DNA of 64,000 nucleotides from Ruminococcaceae bacterium UBA5413 (GCA_002409585.1 DHNP01000017.1:56468-120467), one strand, 5' to 3'. Positions 48,432-57,876 are shown, counted from the first letter of the stretch. The notes: generated by a model from the letters alone, not told the origin. Program-made: numbers and translations.

Positions 48432-49952
48432 ATGAAAGAACTATTATTTGAGACGAAAGGTATTGGCAAAACATACGGCACCAACACCGTTTTGCATGAT
48501 ATAGACATGAAGGTTTACAGCGGTGAAGTCATCGGCCTTATCGGTGAGAACGGCGCCGGAAAGTCGACCTTGATGAAACTTATCTGCGGAGCCGAAAAGC
48601 CTTCTATGGGTTCAATGTATCTGAGGGGCGAAGAGCACCACAGCAACTCTATTTTGGAGTCAAACCACCAGGGCATAGGGATGGTATTTCAGGAGCAGTC
48701 ACTTGTAGGGGCTCTTACCATAGCGCAGAACATATTTTTGGGACGTGAAAAAAAATACTCCAAGGCGGGGTTTGTCAACTGGGCGGCCATGAACCAGGAC
48801 GCTAAAAAAACTCTCGGACAGGTTGGCCTGAATTTTGACCCGAACAAAAAAGTAAGGGATTTGGACTTTGCCGCAAGGCAGATGGTTGAAATCGCGAAAG
48901 TCCTTAACGTGGTTACAGAGTCGGCTGAAGGCCATGCCGTTATACTGCTTGACGAACCGACGACCGTGCTTTCAAACGAGGAAATCGAAAACCTGTTTAA
49001 GCAGATAGAACGTATGAAAAAAGAGGGCAACGCGGTTATCTTTATTTCGCACAGGCTGGATGAGGTCCTTAAAGTCACCGACCGCATATATGTGTTTAAA
49101 GACGGCGCCTGCACTGCGGATATGAACACGAAGGATGCCGACGAGAGCGTACTTTACGAAAAGATGGTAGGACGCTCCACCACAGGCGAATTTTACCATG
49201 AAGACAGGCAGACAGCCCCATCGGACGATGTTGTGCTTGAAGTCAACGACTTAAGCTTATTCGGTATTTTCAACCATGTGGGTTTCAAACTTAAAAAAGG
49301 CGAGGTTTTAGGCCTCTGCGGAGTTGAAGGCTCCGGCAAAGAAGCGTTGTGCTCGGTACTTATGGGCGACGAGGGGCAGACAAGCGGCACAATGTCTATG
49401 GACGGCAGGGAGGTAACGTTTAAGAACCCCTGCAAAGCGAGACGGTCCGGCATAATATGCGTTCCGAAAGAACGGCGCGACGAAGGCATCATTGGAATAT
49501 TGTCCATATCGGATAATATAGTTATCTCCCATATGGAGCAGATATCCAGCAGAGGATACGTTTCCGGCAAAAAAATGAAGAAAATCTCTTCTGACTGGGT
49601 GCAAAAGCTGAAAATTAAATGTGTTTCTATAAATGACCGCATAAACCAGCTTTCAGGCGGCAACGCGCAAAAGGTGATTTTCGCGCGGGCTTTGGAAAGC
49701 GGATGCCATATACTGATACTAAACCACCCGACGCGCGGCGTTGACGTAGGCTCGAAAGAGGAAATATACAGCTTGATCCGCGATATCACTGAAAAGGGAA
49801 ATTCGGTAATACTTCTTGGCGACACTCTTGACGAGTGCATAGGAATGTCAAGCAGAATAATAGTTTTAAAAGATGGAGTCATAAGCGGCGAGTTCGACTT
49901 CCCGGCAGGGGAGAAGCCTTCACAATTTGATATTGTAAAGATGATGATGTAA
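48432..49952 (+). CDS. Sugar ABC transporter ATP-binding protein (CUT2, two NBDs)
   Basis: GENGAGKST, LLDEPT, LSGGNAQK and PTRGVDVG motifs. Confidence 0.92.
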   Translation: MKELLFETKGIGKTYGTNTVLHDIDMKVYSGEVIGLIGENGAGKSTLMKLICGAEKPSMGSMYLRGEEHHSNSILESNHQGIGMVFQEQSLVGALTIAQNIFLGREKKYSKAGFVNWAAMNQDAKKTLGQVGLNFDPNKKVRDLDFAARQMVEIAKVLNVVTESAEGHAVILLDEPTTVLSNEEIENLFKQIERMKKEGNAVIFISHRLDEVLKVTDRIYVFKDGACTADMNTKDADESVLYEKMVGRSTTGEFYHEDRQTAPSDDVVLEVNDLSLFGIFNHVGFKLKKGEVLGLCGVEGSGKEALCSVLMGDEGQTSGTMSMDGREVTFKNPCKARRSGIICVPKERRDEGIIGILSISDNIVISHMEQISSRGYVSGKKMKKISSDWVQKLKIKCVSINDRINQLSGGNAQKVIFARALESGCHILILNHPTRGVDVGSKEEIYSLIRDITEKGNSVILLGDTLDECIGMSSRIIVLKDGVISGEFDFPAGEKPSQFDIVKMMM

Positions 49953-49964
49953 GAGGTCGATAAA

Positions 49965-50930
49965 ATGACGAAAAAGCTTAATCTTTCCGATATATCCTAT
50001 TCTTTTTCAAAGTATATGTACATTGTAAGCATCGTTTTGGTTTTCCTTGTGTTTACCATTATGTCACCGCAGTTTCTCAGCCTTTACAGCCTGCAGAACT
50101 TAGCCCTTGAAACTGCGCCGATGCTGCTCATGTCGTGCGGTATTTCCTTTGTAATCTTTACAGGCGGCATTGATTTGGGGACAGGTTCCATCGCTTCATG
50201 CACCTGCGTCATAACGGGGCTGTATGTAAGCCAAGTCGGAAATTCCATAATCCTGCTCATGCTTGTTGTAGGATGTGTAATGGGGGTTATTAACGGCATA
50301 CTCGTGTCAAAGCTTAAACTGCCTTCATTTATTGTTACTTTGTGTACGACAAACTTTTGGAATTTCGTTGCCCTCAGGCTCTCGCCGAGCGGCTCACAGA
50401 TTATTCCTCTTAATAAAAGGAGTATGGTAAACTGGGCTACTAAGGATGTAATCGGATTTCCGGTTATTTTTTGGATAGCGTTAGCGATAACCGCCCTGCT
50501 TTATTTTATACAGCAGTATACAGTATTCGGCAAAACTATTTTATCCGTCGGGGCAAATACGAGGGCGACGCGCATGGCCGGCGTTGACACAGATAAGGCG
50601 CAGATAGCCGCGTTTGTCATATGCGATGCGTGCTGCGCGCTGGCAGGCGCTTTCTATGCCTACAAATTAAAAAGCGCGGTGCCTACAGTCGGCCTTGACC
50701 TTAACCTGCTGTCTATAGCTGCGGTAGCCTTAGGCGGAGCTTCCATGGTAGGAGGCCGCGGGAGCATTCTGCACACTCTTGTCGGAGTTATAACCATTAC
50801 GGCGGTTACGTCGGGACTTGAAATTATAGGCTGCAATGCGCTTTGGAAAGACATTATCATAGGCATGATTTTAATTTTGGCAGTGTGCTTAAATTCAGAT
50901 TCTAAAGGCAGAGACCTCATAATTAAATAA
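49965..50930 (+). CDS. Sugar ABC transporter permease (second subunit)
   Basis: GGIDLG, FGKTILSVGAN and AAVALGG motifs. Confidence 0.9.
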   Translation: MTKKLNLSDISYSFSKYMYIVSIVLVFLVFTIMSPQFLSLYSLQNLALETAPMLLMSCGISFVIFTGGIDLGTGSIASCTCVITGLYVSQVGNSIILLMLVVGCVMGVINGILVSKLKLPSFIVTLCTTNFWNFVALRLSPSGSQIIPLNKRSMVNWATKDVIGFPVIFWIALAITALLYFIQQYTVFGKTILSVGANTRATRMAGVDTDKAQIAAFVICDACCALAGAFYAYKLKSAVPTVGLDLNLLSIAAVALGGASMVGGRGSILHTLVGVITITAVTSGLEIIGCNALWKDIIIGMILILAVCLNSDSKGRDLIIK

Positions 50931-50961
50931 TCAGGCTGCGTTTTTCTCCGCGGCAGCTCAA

Positions 50962-51006
50962 GCAAAAAGGCAAAGTATCTCTTTATATGGTACTTTGCCT
51001 TTTTGC
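50962..51006. terminator. Bidirectional terminator between the ABC operon and the ROK gene
   Basis: Perfect 16-bp arms GCAAAAAGGCAAAGTA/TACTTTGCCTTTTTGC. Confidence 0.75.
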
Positions 51007-51158
51007 GCATATAAATTTAAAAGCATATGTCAGATAATTAGAAAATTAATCTTTATGCGCCATACATTTCTTTTAAGGATATATATTTTAATTCCAAAAG
51101 GGGCTCATCGTCAGCTTACGGCTGTGATGGACCCCCTAACAATATCATTTCAGAAATA

Positions 51159-52268
51159 TTATTCGTTAAGGAAGGAATCAACGAAAAGGAGAGCCGCGCC
51201 GACGGTACTCGCTTTGTCTCCGTATTTACTGAAGCGAATGTAATCGTACTGTCTGTCAAAGGAATTTGCATAAGAGAGGTTACGGTTTAAAAATTCTGAA
51301 CTCTGCTGAATGTACTGGCTGATTTCGCCACCGATAATAATATCTGAATCGAATATTGTGTGTATATTGTTTATTCCTGTGGATAAATAGCCCAAATATG
51401 TCTTCCATTTTTCGATACAATACTTATCTCCGGTACTTATTGCGCCGAAAAAATCATCTATATCGTTAAAGTTAGGTTCAGTGAGGACTTTTGTAGAGCA
51501 ATAAGCTTCAAAGCATCCTTTTTTACCGCATGAACATGTAAGGCCGTCTTTAACGATTGTCATATGCCCGAATTCCCCCGCACGGCCGTTGCAGCCGTTG
51601 TACAGCTTGTTACCTATAATTATGGCGCCGCCTACGCCTTTATTGACAGAGAGGAAGATGGCGTTGTCAATGCTGTCTATTGTCCATATTTCCGCAAACC
51701 CCGCGAGGTTTGCTTCATTATTTGCCATGGTAGCGTAAGGAAAGTATGAGGTGAGAACTTCAAGGGGCAGGTTCTTAACGCCAAGAGTAGGGCTGTACTC
51801 AAGCATGCCGTTTTTAACGTCGACTACGCCGGGCAGTGCAATGCCTACACCTAAAATAGATGCCGGGTCTATACTGTTTTCTTCAAAAAAAAGTTCAAGG
51901 GAGTCAGCGACTTTCCCAAAGTATTTATTGTCGTTTTGGAATGGCTCGCGTATTTTTTTATAATGCAAAACATGGCCGCTGAGGTCAATTATAACAAAGC
52001 GCAGGTGGTTTTGGGTAATTTCTATGCCGGCGGACAGTTTTGCGTTGTAAACAAGAGAAATAGCAGTTGGCTTTCTTCCTCCGGAGGACTGCAGAACACC
52101 TGATTTTTTAACCAGCCCTTGTGCAAAGAGCTTTTTTAGTATTAGTGAAACGGTAGGTGTGCTTAGGTTAAGCGACTTAGCGATATCTTGTTTTGTAGCT
52201 TTGGTGTTAGCGTATAAAAAGTTTACAATCCTTTTTTTATTTGTATTCCTGACTTCAAGGTTATTCAT
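51159..52268 (-). CDS. ROK family transcriptional repressor (XylR-like), copy 1
   Basis: N-terminal HTH, GGRKP, NEANLA, GEFGH and CSCGKKGC motifs; 369 aa. Confidence 0.92.
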   Translation of the reverse strand: MNNLEVRNTNKKRIVNFLYANTKATKQDIAKSLNLSTPTVSLILKKLFAQGLVKKSGVLQSSGGRKPTAISLVYNAKLSAGIEITQNHLRFVIIDLSGHVLHYKKIREPFQNDNKYFGKVADSLELFFEENSIDPASILGVGIALPGVVDVKNGMLEYSPTLGVKNLPLEVLTSYFPYATMANNEANLAGFAEIWTIDSIDNAIFLSVNKGVGGAIIIGNKLYNGCNGRAGEFGHMTIVKDGLTCSCGKKGCFEAYCSTKVLTEPNFNDIDDFFGAISTGDKYCIEKWKTYLGYLSTGINNIHTIFDSDIIIGGEISQYIQQSSEFLNRNLSYANSFDRQYDYIRFSKYGDKASTVGAALLFVDSFLNE

Positions 52269-52350
52269 AACTGCACCTTTTCTAAATATAATTTATACTT
52301 ACTTTTTTTAAATTATAACATCTTATATATTTAAATACTATACATAAATT

Positions 52351-52376
52351 GAATATTAAAAGTATTTTAATAAACT
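52351..52376 (-). promoter_or_regulatory. Candidate ROK operator 1
   Basis: Perfect palindrome TATTAAAA-GTA-TTTTAATA. Its minus-strand form matches operator 2. Confidence 0.5.
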
Positions 52377-52513
52377 GCGTTTTATTTCTGTATTATCACT
52401 AATTTAAGCTTAGCTAAACCGCGGATTGAACGTACAGCTAACCGTGTAGCCGTTAGTTCGGGGCTATTACTAACGTTTTGCAATGCAAAAGGCTTTAAAA
52501 TCAAAATATTTTG

Positions 52514-52542
52514 TTGACATATAACAATTATTGTGTTATAAC
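52514..52542 (+). promoter_or_regulatory. sigmaA promoter of chvE-mmsAB
   Basis: TTGACA-N17-TATAAC with an extended -10 TG. Confidence 0.7.
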
Positions 52543-52555
52543 TACATTAATACAT

Positions 52556-52582
52556 ACTTTATTAAAACAATTTTATAAAAAT
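52556..52582 (+). promoter_or_regulatory. Candidate ROK operator 2
   Basis: ACTTTATTAAAA-CAA-TTTTATAAAAAT just downstream of the predicted transcription start. Confidence 0.55.
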
Positions 52583-52697
52583 AGTTGGCTATTGTAGGCG
52601 GATTAAAGGGCCGTTTATATCATTGCAGCTGCTTTCCGCAGGCGCATTTACCGCTCTGCGGTTCAGTTAAATTTTATTTTTAGGAGAGGATAAGATT

Positions 52698-53834
52698 ATG
52701 AAACCATGGAAAAAAATTCTTTCGACCATAATGACGTTTATTTTAGCTTTTACGTTTGTTGGATGCTCAGGCGGTGAGAAAGCTAACGCAGTACCTTCAT
52801 CAGCTGCTTCCGAAGCTTCGCAGGAGTCCAAGGAGGCGTCAAAAGAAAAGAAAATAGGGATCGCAATGCCGGAAAAGACACTGCAGCGCTGGGTTCAGGA
52901 CGGCAGCAATATGAAAAAAGTATTGGAAGACAAAGGTTATTCATGCGAACTGCAGTATGCAAACAATGACGTAAACCTGCAGGCGCAGCAATGTGAAAAT
53001 ATGATAACAAATGGCTGTACAGTTTTGGTTATCGCTTCTATAGACGGCTCAAGCCTTTCAAATGTGCTGAATCAGGCGCATCAAAATAATGTAAAGGTCA
53101 TAGCATATGACAGGCTTCTGATGAATTCACCTTATGTTGACTATTACGCGACATTTGATAATTATAAAGTAGGCCAAATGCAGGGGCAGTTTCTTGTAGA
53201 CCAGCTGGGCGTAAGTGACGGCAAAGGCCCTTTCAATATTGAAATATTCGCCGGTGCGCCGGATGATAACAATGCCAAGTTTTTCTATAAAGGAGCTATG
53301 GACGTCTTAAACAAATACCTTGGGAAGAGCCTGGTAGTAAAAAGCGGACAGACGGATTTCAACAAGTGCGCTACTGAACACTGGAAAACAGAAGTCGCAC
53401 AGTCAAGAATGGATAACTTGCTGTCGGCACATTATGCCAGCGGCGTTAAGTTAAGCGGCGTGCTTGCCCCTAACGATGCTATTGCACGCGGAGTGCTTGC
53501 GGCTCTTAAAAATATAGGATATGGGTCTTCGGACAAACCGCTGCCGATAATAACTGGCCAGGATGCAGAGAAAGCTAATATTATTGATATAAAAAATGGT
53601 GAGATATCAATGACAGTATTTAAAGATACGCGCGTGCTTGCCGACAAAGTCGCCGGCATGGTGGATGCGGTGCTGCAGAATAAAGACGCTGAGATAAACG
53701 ATACAGAATCGTACAATAACGGCAGCAAAGTAGTGCCTACATACCTTTGTGACCCTACCGTCGTTACAAAGGACAATTACAAAGAAGTTCTCATAGACTC
53801 TGGCTATTACAGTGAACAGGATATAGCCGGATAA
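52698..53834 (+). CDS. chvE: Multiple monosaccharide ABC transporter substrate-binding lipoprotein ChvE
   Basis: FVGC lipobox, RWVQDG, IAYDRLL, FDNYKVG, GAPDDNNA, ITGQDAE and TVFKDTR motifs. Confidence 0.9.
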   Translation: MKPWKKILSTIMTFILAFTFVGCSGGEKANAVPSSAASEASQESKEASKEKKIGIAMPEKTLQRWVQDGSNMKKVLEDKGYSCELQYANNDVNLQAQQCENMITNGCTVLVIASIDGSSLSNVLNQAHQNNVKVIAYDRLLMNSPYVDYYATFDNYKVGQMQGQFLVDQLGVSDGKGPFNIEIFAGAPDDNNAKFFYKGAMDVLNKYLGKSLVVKSGQTDFNKCATEHWKTEVAQSRMDNLLSAHYASGVKLSGVLAPNDAIARGVLAALKNIGYGSSDKPLPIITGQDAEKANIIDIKNGEISMTVFKDTRVLADKVAGMVDAVLQNKDAEINDTESYNNGSKVVPTYLCDPTVVTKDNYKEVLIDSGYYSEQDIAG

Positions 53835-53855
53835 AAGAATAAAATTTTTTCAATT

Positions 53856-53880
53856 ACCCGGGTGAATTATTCATCCGGGT
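53856..53880 (+). other. Intercistronic hairpin after chvE
   Basis: ACCCGGGTGAA-tta-TTCATCCGGGT with no T-tract; typical of stabilisers downstream of SBP genes. Confidence 0.55.
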
Positions 53881-53907
53881 GAATTGAATAATAACGGAGT
53901 GGTGAAT

Positions 53908-55455
53908 TTGCTTACGAACGACTTCATTTTAGAGATGCATGATATCATAAAGGAATTTTCGGGAGTGCGCGTCCTTAAAAAAGTCAATTTGTCTGTAAAA
54001 AAAGGTACGATACATGCCCTGGTTGGTGAAAACGGGGCAGGTAAATCTACCCTTATGAATATTTTAAGCGGTGTTTACCCTTACGGTACATATGATGGCA
54101 GCATCATTTTTGAAGGCAGCGAGTGCAAGTTTAAAAATATAAAAGACAGTGAAAAAACCGGTATAGCCATAATACATCAGGAATTAGCGCTCGTACCGTA
54201 CCTCACGATAGGCGAAAATCTATTTTTGGGAAACGAATATCAAAAAAACGGCATGGTAAATTGGGACGAGACTTATTTAGAAGCTGGCCGGCTCTTACAC
54301 AAAGTAGGTTTGAACGAAGACCCGCATACTTTAGTTAAGGACATAAACATAGGAAAACAGCAGCTGGTTGAAATAGCGAAGGCACTCGGAAAGAGTGCAA
54401 AGCTTTTAATCCTTGATGAACCGACGGCCGCGCTTACCGAAACGGACTCCCAGCATTTACTTGACTTGATGAAAGAATTAAAGGCAAATGGGTTAACGTC
54501 TATACTGATTTCACATAAATTAAACGAAGTAACCGAAGTGGCTGACAGTATTACCGTGATACGCGACGGTGAGACTATTGAAAATTTAGTTAAGGGCACG
54601 GACGACATTACGGAAGACCATATCATACAAGGCATGGTTGGACGAAAAATGACGGAGCGTTTCCCGGAACGCCAGTCAAAAGTCAGCGAAGAAGTAGGCT
54701 TTGAAATAAAAAACTGGACTGCGGATAATGAACTTGTTGAAGGGAAAAAACTGCTCGATGATATAAATATCAAAGTGCACAAAGGCGAGGTCGTAGGTTT
54801 GGCAGGCCTTATGGGCGCAGGGCGGACTGAACTTGCAATGAGCGTATTTGGAAAATTACGTGGTAAAAATATACATGGCACGGTTGTAAAAGACGGAAAA
54901 GAGATTGACACCGGCACCGTGCGGGATGCTATTAACAATAAAATAGCGTATGTGACAGAGGACCGCAAATCAGCGGGGCTGATTTTGTCAGGCAGCGTAT
55001 GTATGAATATAACAATCGCGGATCTCAGGCATTTTTCAAAACACCATGTTTTGGACGAAGACCTTGAAGTCAGGACCGCAGACGAGTGCAGGAGCAAACT
55101 CGGCATAAAGTCAAATGATGTATTTCAGACCGTAGGCAGTTTATCGGGAGGGAACCAGCAGAAAGTTGTCCTTGGCAAGTGGATATTGACAAACCCTGAT
55201 ATATTGATTTTGGATGAACCTACGCGTGGCATAGATGTTGGCGCTAAATATGAAATTTATACGATAATAAACCAGCTTGCCGAGAACGGCAAGTGCGTTA
55301 TTATAATTTCCTCAGAATTGCCTGAAATCCTTGGGATAAGTGACAGGATATACGTTATGAATGACGGAAAAATTGTAGGGGAATTGTCAAAGGATGAGGC
55401 AAAACCCGAGAGGGTCATGCAATGTATAATGGCGAATAAAAAGATAGGAGCGTAA
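53908..55455 (+). CDS. mmsA: Multiple monosaccharide ABC transporter ATPase MmsA/GguA
   Basis: GENGAGKSTLMNILSGVYPYGTYDG, LSGGNQQK and DEPTRGIDVGAK. TTG start follows GGAG. Confidence 0.92.
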   Translation: MLTNDFILEMHDIIKEFSGVRVLKKVNLSVKKGTIHALVGENGAGKSTLMNILSGVYPYGTYDGSIIFEGSECKFKNIKDSEKTGIAIIHQELALVPYLTIGENLFLGNEYQKNGMVNWDETYLEAGRLLHKVGLNEDPHTLVKDINIGKQQLVEIAKALGKSAKLLILDEPTAALTETDSQHLLDLMKELKANGLTSILISHKLNEVTEVADSITVIRDGETIENLVKGTDDITEDHIIQGMVGRKMTERFPERQSKVSEEVGFEIKNWTADNELVEGKKLLDDINIKVHKGEVVGLAGLMGAGRTELAMSVFGKLRGKNIHGTVVKDGKEIDTGTVRDAINNKIAYVTEDRKSAGLILSGSVCMNITIADLRHFSKHHVLDEDLEVRTADECRSKLGIKSNDVFQTVGSLSGGNQQKVVLGKWILTNPDILILDEPTRGIDVGAKYEIYTIINQLAENGKCVIIISSELPEILGISDRIYVMNDGKIVGELSKDEAKPERVMQCIMANKKIGA

Positions 55456-55462
55456 TAGAATT

Positions 55463-56635
55463 ATGGGTTACTACAAATCTAAAAAATCCTCGGTAAATTT
55501 ACGGCAGTACAGCATGCTTATTGCCCTTATTGTAATGATAGTGCTGTTCGAAATACTTACAGGGGGAGTATTTCTCAAACCACAAAATGTAACGAACCTT
55601 ATACTTCAAAACAGTTACGTTATTATACTTGCGATAGGTATGCTGCTTTGCATTATAAGCAGCGGCTCTATCGATTTATCCGTCGGCTCCGTCGTTGCTA
55701 TAACCGGTGCGCTGCTTGGGGTGCTTATAGTGCAAAATGGCATGAACCCGTGGCTGGCGGTTATTATCACACTTATAGTAGGCGCGCTCATAGGGGTATG
55801 GCAGGGGTTTTGGATTGCATATGTGGGGATACCGGCATTTATTGTAACTTTGGCAGGGATGCTTATTTTCAGAGGACTGACGCTGTACATACTGCAGGGC
55901 ATGACGTTGTCGCCTTTTCCCAGTGACTTTTTGGCCATAAGTTCCGGCTTTTTGCCTGGCGCAAAAGCAGGTGCGCTTAACATATCTGCTTTGATTTTTG
56001 GGGCGGCCGCAATGCTGCTTTACGCTCTGGTTAAAGTAAGTATGTACAGGCACAGGAAAAAAAGCGGCTACGATGTTGCGCCTATAGGAGCCTTTATGGT
56101 TCAGCTTATTGTAATATTGGCTGTTATCGCCTTGTTTTCAATTTGGCTTTCACTTTATGAGGGCATCCCTATACTTCTGCTGATTTTACTGGCGTTAATT
56201 TTAGCGTACTCGTTTTTTACAAACAAAACTGTTTCAGGCCGACATTTATATGCCATGGGCGGCAATGAAAAGGCGGCTGTACTGTCGGGCATCAATACCA
56301 AAAAGGCACTTTTTTTAACGTTTGTTAATATGGGGGTATTAGCTGCGCTTGGGGGCATAGTATTTACTTCGCGCCTGCAGTCGGCAACACCGACAGCCGG
56401 TAACGGCTTTGAAATGGATGCCATAGCTGCGTGTTACATTGGCGGCGCGGCAGTGATGGGCGGCAGCGGTACTGTTTTGGGAGCGGTCGTCGGTGCTTTG
56501 GTAATGGGCGTTATAAACAATGGACTGTCAATCATGGGCGTCGGCAGTGACATAACGCAGGTTATAAAAGGTCTTGTACTTTTAGCTGCAGTGGTTTTTG
56601 ACATTGTATCTAAGAAGAACGCGGCGAAAGCCTAA
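55463..56635 (+). CDS. mmsB: Multiple monosaccharide ABC transporter permease MmsB/GguB
   Basis: QNSYVIILAIGM, IDLSVGS, GRHLYAMGGNEKAA and DAIAACYIGG motifs. Confidence 0.92.
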   Translation: MGYYKSKKSSVNLRQYSMLIALIVMIVLFEILTGGVFLKPQNVTNLILQNSYVIILAIGMLLCIISSGSIDLSVGSVVAITGALLGVLIVQNGMNPWLAVIITLIVGALIGVWQGFWIAYVGIPAFIVTLAGMLIFRGLTLYILQGMTLSPFPSDFLAISSGFLPGAKAGALNISALIFGAAAMLLYALVKVSMYRHRKKSGYDVAPIGAFMVQLIVILAVIALFSIWLSLYEGIPILLLILLALILAYSFFTNKTVSGRHLYAMGGNEKAAVLSGINTKKALFLTFVNMGVLAALGGIVFTSRLQSATPTAGNGFEMDAIAACYIGGAAVMGGSGTVLGAVVGALVMGVINNGLSIMGVGSDITQVIKGLVLLAAVVFDIVSKKNAAKA

Positions 56636-56691
56636 TTGCATAATGCAAAGTCCAGCATGTGCATAACCGCTGCATTATTATATATTTCGGT

Positions 56692-56996
56692 AAGCAGCGC
56701 CGGAACTTATATGTAAACAAACTTTGTTTTAAAGTTAAAATAGACTCTGCTAAAATTAAGAGCAGAGCCTGAAAAAGCAGAGCATATTCGGTTAATAACC
56801 TTTGAAATGGGTATTGTTTAAACAACCATTTTAAGGTCGCCGATATGCTCTGCAATTATTGTACCGGAAAACCGGCATGGTTGGAAGGTAAAGCAGCCGC
56901 AGTTATTGATATATGGATAAATAAAGCAGCGCATACCGGCAGAGCCATATAAACGCACATTATGTCGTACGTTTAACAGACGCCGGTATGCGCTGC
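56692..56996. repeat. Cluster of related long inverted repeats (GCAG[A/C]GC motif)
   Basis: Hairpins at 56777-56853 and 56926-56996 have related outer arms (GCAGAGCATAT, GCAGCGCATAC). Confidence 0.6.
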
Positions 56997-57076
56997 TGTA
57001 CATTTTTTAAATTGCCTGGCAGTAACCCGTGCCGTTTATGCGGCCCGGGTGTTTATTTTTGAAGTTACAGCTGTTA

Positions 57077-57625
57077 TCAGCAGCAGATGCTGCAGTTATC
57101 CACCGCTATGGCTGAAATAGTGCCGCTTACGGTTGTTCCGGCCTGGGCCAATGTAGCGTTAGAGATTTCAACGGTATAGGTGACGCACTCGCAGCACTCG
57201 CCGCAGTCGCATACCTGGAAGGCAAACGTCTGGCTTTGGAGGACGTTTATGGCTGAACTGTAGTTGTAGCTTCCGCCGATTGCCTGCGACGAGCCGCCGC
57301 ACGATTTTTTCAGCCTGAATGAAATGTTAGGCAGTGCGCCTGCCGGCACGTTTATCAAACCGGTGAAGGTTATCAGGACCGTTGGATTTTTAAAACCCTT
57401 CAGGTTTAAGTTAACGCTGGCTACAGAGTATGGGCTTACTATGCTGGCGCCCGCCAAGTCCATTATCGGCAGAGGGCCTGCCGAACCTGACCCGCAATTT
57501 ATAACGGCCGAATGCCTGTCGGAAACAGGGCAACTTGTGCTGCCGGTACAGTAAGGGGCAAGGGCACTGTTTTGGCATGCGCTGGAATTCTGCATAGTAT
57601 ATAAACTATTAGAATAATTGTCCAT
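57077..57625 (-). CDS. Cys-rich DUF4489-like protein, putative spore-surface protein
   Basis: VASVNLNLKGFKNPTVLITF, FRLKKSC and FQVCDCGECCECVTYTVE; ends in CSICC. RBS AAAGGAG before the ATG at 57625. Confidence 0.7.
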   Translation of the reverse strand: MDNYSNSLYTMQNSSACQNSALAPYCTGSTSCPVSDRHSAVINCGSGSAGPLPIMDLAGASIVSPYSVASVNLNLKGFKNPTVLITFTGLINVPAGALPNISFRLKKSCGGSSQAIGGSYNYSSAINVLQSQTFAFQVCDCGECCECVTYTVEISNATLAQAGTTVSGTISAIAVDNCSICC

Positions 57626-57676
57626 AGATATACTCCTTTCATAAGAAAGCAATTTTACCTTTACTTTTTTACAGTA

Positions 57677-57703
57677 TATCTTATGCATAATTTTTTCAAG
57701 TGT
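57677..57703 (-). promoter_or_regulatory. Putative sigmaK promoter of the DUF4489 gene
   Basis: AC-N16-CATAAGATA matches the sigmaK consensus AC-N16-CATANNNTA. Confidence 0.5.
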
Positions 57704-57876
57704 GTGCCGGCGGGGCTGTGTACGGGCTTTCGCGTGCAATGTTATGCCGTGAGCGGGTTTTTGCCGATAAAAAACCGGCACAGGCGATAAAAGAAGGCTC
57801 TCTGCCGCTTTGCGGGCAGGGAGCCTTACGCTTTGCAGGTACTTTAACCTACTGCATAAATATGGCGCCGCACGGG

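Noticed and set aside
49680-49860. Degenerate Walker B (LNHPT) in the second NBD of the sugar ABC ATPase
   Set aside because: The second NBD of CUT2 ATPases is commonly degenerate, and the first NBD is intact.
57626-57781. 52-codon N-terminal extension of the DUF4489 ORF in the track
   Set aside because: It spans the RBS and the putative sigmaK promoter; ATG 57625 is the better start.
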